Assembly (NCBI GenBank): GCA_965112155.1
Contig: OZ218106.1
Reading direction: 5' to 3' (one strand)
Origin: Podarcis liolepis
Taxonomy: Eukaryota
Length of the DNA stretch: 64,000 bases
Within the stretch, counting starts at the first letter, position 1; every line of letters starts with the position of its first letter. The position numbers and the translations under genes were made by a program. Positions 61,861-64,000 of the stretch are shown here, piece after piece. The notes beneath the pieces were generated by a model. The model did no database searches, was not told the origin of the DNA, and saw nothing but the letters and a program-made list of their open reading frames with translations.

Positions 61861-63411
61861 TATTCCATATGTACATTGATGCAAAGTGTTCACAAAACAA
61901 AGGAGCAAACATGATAGGGCGGGGTGATGAAGACCAGAATATACCTGAGAGTGAAGGGAGAGATCTTGCTATTGGGATATGCTCTGGTCTTGTCTGCCGT
62001 TCATATGCAAGGAACAGTAATCCATTTTCTGTTCTCCTCAGCAACCTCCTCACCAGGCCCAGTTTTTATGTGGCCAGCAGCTACTGGGTGCTGGGAACTT
62101 GCTGTTATGGAATCTGATTCCACTGCAATGTAAACACACAATGTAATTGAAACCAGACAGAATAACAAGTATAAAATGTATCCTCCCATCTTTTCAACAG
62201 AAACCAAAGATATGCACCAGTTTAAACAAAGTACAAACCCATGGCGTTTATTTTATTTGATAAAAACGTGACTCTTGGCCTTCGCCAGTGTGACAAGAGT
62301 TGACAATAGCTGCTTACTTGAAAATTACCTTTAGTAATGCCTTAATGTCATGCTTTATAAAACCTCAAGCATGAAGAAACCATGGGCTTTTATTGACACA
62401 CGCTGACAACAAGATCATCAAACCCAACAAACACTGTGATTTATGTTTGCTCAAGGCAGGGCATATAGCACTTTACTTCATTAAATACAGAACTCCCCCC
62501 TCAAAAAAGAGAGTCATATGTTGATTTTCCTAATGCTGGGTGGGAGGTCTTAACATGTTGGCCAAGATAAACAGTCTACTGTCACTTATTTTGCAGCTGA
62601 TCTTCTTGTCATCAGCTCAGATGTAGCATATGATTTGTAGAAAGATTTTTTAGAAGCCACATAACTCCGCTTTCCTGCAGGAATTCACCAAAAATGTTTC
62701 TGAAATAGATGATTAGGTGCTTTATTTTATTTTTAATGAAGCTGCCACTTATACAAATATTAGCCTAATAAATTGAAGACGTGAACTCTAATATGCACAT
62801 AATCCTTTGGGCTGGATACAGCTACAGCTAAGTTCTTATAACATAAGGAAATTCAAACTTAATTCTCAGGCTAAAATGAGTTAGATCCAAACTTTGTCAT
62901 CCTTAAAAATGACCTATTAAAATCATTAGGAATTAAGCTAGTCATGACTAACTTAAGTTCCCTTGATTAAGTGGGCTTCTTCAAAGCATGGCTAGGGTCA
63001 CATCCACACAATACATTTAAAGCATGCTTAATTGTTATGGAAAATCCTGGGAACTGTAGTTTGCTAAGTTTGCTGGCCTCATAGATCTATAATTCCCAGT
63101 ACCCTTAGCAAGTTATAGTTCCCAGAATTCTTCATGACTGTTGAAGTGGAAAAAGAATACTTTATGGTATGGATGTGACCTAGGTCAGGACCCAATTTAC
63201 GGGCCGAGGGATTTGGATGGACATGTGTGCCTTTGAGCACATCAACTGAAACATGTTTTGGATAAAATTCTTTCTGATATACTTGGGAACAACTCTTTCT
63301 TCCTGTATGCCCTTCAGTGTATCTCCTCTGTTTAGGCTCTCCCCAGTCTCACCACGTAGTCTTTGGTTTGTATAGGTTGGTGAAACCTACTTAACAAATA
63401 AACTGGTAAAG

Positions 63412-63668
63412 TGTTAAGTTGTGGGTGGACATAGCAGACGACGCAGCGATTTCTCCAAAGCAGCTCTTTATTTGTAAGCTGGAACAGAACTGAACTGAAG
63501 GGTTCAGCCAGCCTGCTTATATAGAGCTCCACTAGAACGCAACAGTAACCATTTTCTGTAACTATCCAATCACTGAACGTCACTTTCGATCCCTTATTTG
63601 CATATGTGGACCTGAACTATCTACAGTATCCCCCTGCTGGCCCAGGGTGAGAACTTCAGTACATAACA
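63412..63668 (-). mobile_element. Solo LTR (257 bp)
   Basis: TGTTA...TAACA termini, near-TSD taaag/taaaa, minus-strand TATA (63516-63524) followed by AATAAA (63467-63472). Confidence 0.75.
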
Positions 63669-64000
63669 TAAAAGTTATTTGTTCTTGCCTTCTGCAAGAA
63701 AATGGGATGTCCCTTTTTTGGGACTCTTGTGGGGTATGCAGCAGCAAACAGGGTGCTCTTCTTCTGGGGAATGGTCCTTCAAAGGGCTCTAGGCACTGTG
63801 AGGTGGCTATTCTCAGCATACAAACTTCTGTTACCCCATGCCTTTCACGGGTAAATGAAAAATAAGTTTGCCTTGTATATATTTCCCCCATTAAGTGATT
63901 ATATGACTACACGAGAAGGACCGCTTTAAAATAATCCAATAATGGATAAGATCAGACACCCCACCCCCTCATATACCGTATTTTTCGGTATATGAGTGTT

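Larger units (their letters stand above)
45790..62122 (-). pseudogene. Candidate decayed multi-exon gene with kringle-, FN2- and EGF-like modules
   Basis: Several minus-strand segments, five with both AG and GT boundaries or a clear acceptor (61945-62122, 60771-60970, 52385-52682, 50572-50742, 49161-49368; also about 52915-53150 and 45960-46179). Their translations keep Cys/Trp domain motifs but carry many stops and frameshifts. Confidence 0.45.

Noticed and set aside
43125-64000. Expected syntenic neighbour CTSO (cathepsin O)
   Set aside because: No papain-family motifs (NHAV, NSWG, QCGGCWAF) seen in the ORF track or the segments I translated; it probably lies beyond the window.

Overview
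Vertebrate genomic DNA, very probably a squamate (lizard): it carries Sauria SINEs, Squam-type SINEs, L2/CR1 LINEs, Penelope remnants and Tigger/hAT MITEs. I assembled two complete, intact genes by hand, lying head-to-head about 7.1 kb apart. ASIC5 (BASIC bile-acid-sensitive DEG/ENaC channel) is on the minus strand with 10 coding exons, 23151->11868, 502 aa. TDO2 (tryptophan 2,3-dioxygenase) is on the plus strand with 12 coding exons, 30292->43124, 406 aa. A probable terminal coding exon and 3'UTR of GUCY1B1 sits at the left edge, matching the known GUCY1B1-ASIC5-TDO2 synteny. Downstream of TDO2 is a young sushi/chromovirus-type Gypsy LTR retrotransposon (54325-58740) nested in a hAT MITE; it has a self-priming PBS, a PEG10-like GGGAAAC frameshift and an in-frame RT/RNaseH deletion. 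Most notable unannotated signals: (1) a co-oriented series of decayed, partly splice-site-bounded minus-strand segments (about 45.8-62.1 kb) with kringle-, FN2- and EGF-like motifs, suggesting an unrecognised multi-domain unitary pseudogene; (2) an inverted pair of Penelope-type minimal hammerhead ribozymes in TDO2 intron 3. All calls are by eye; no database searches were run.
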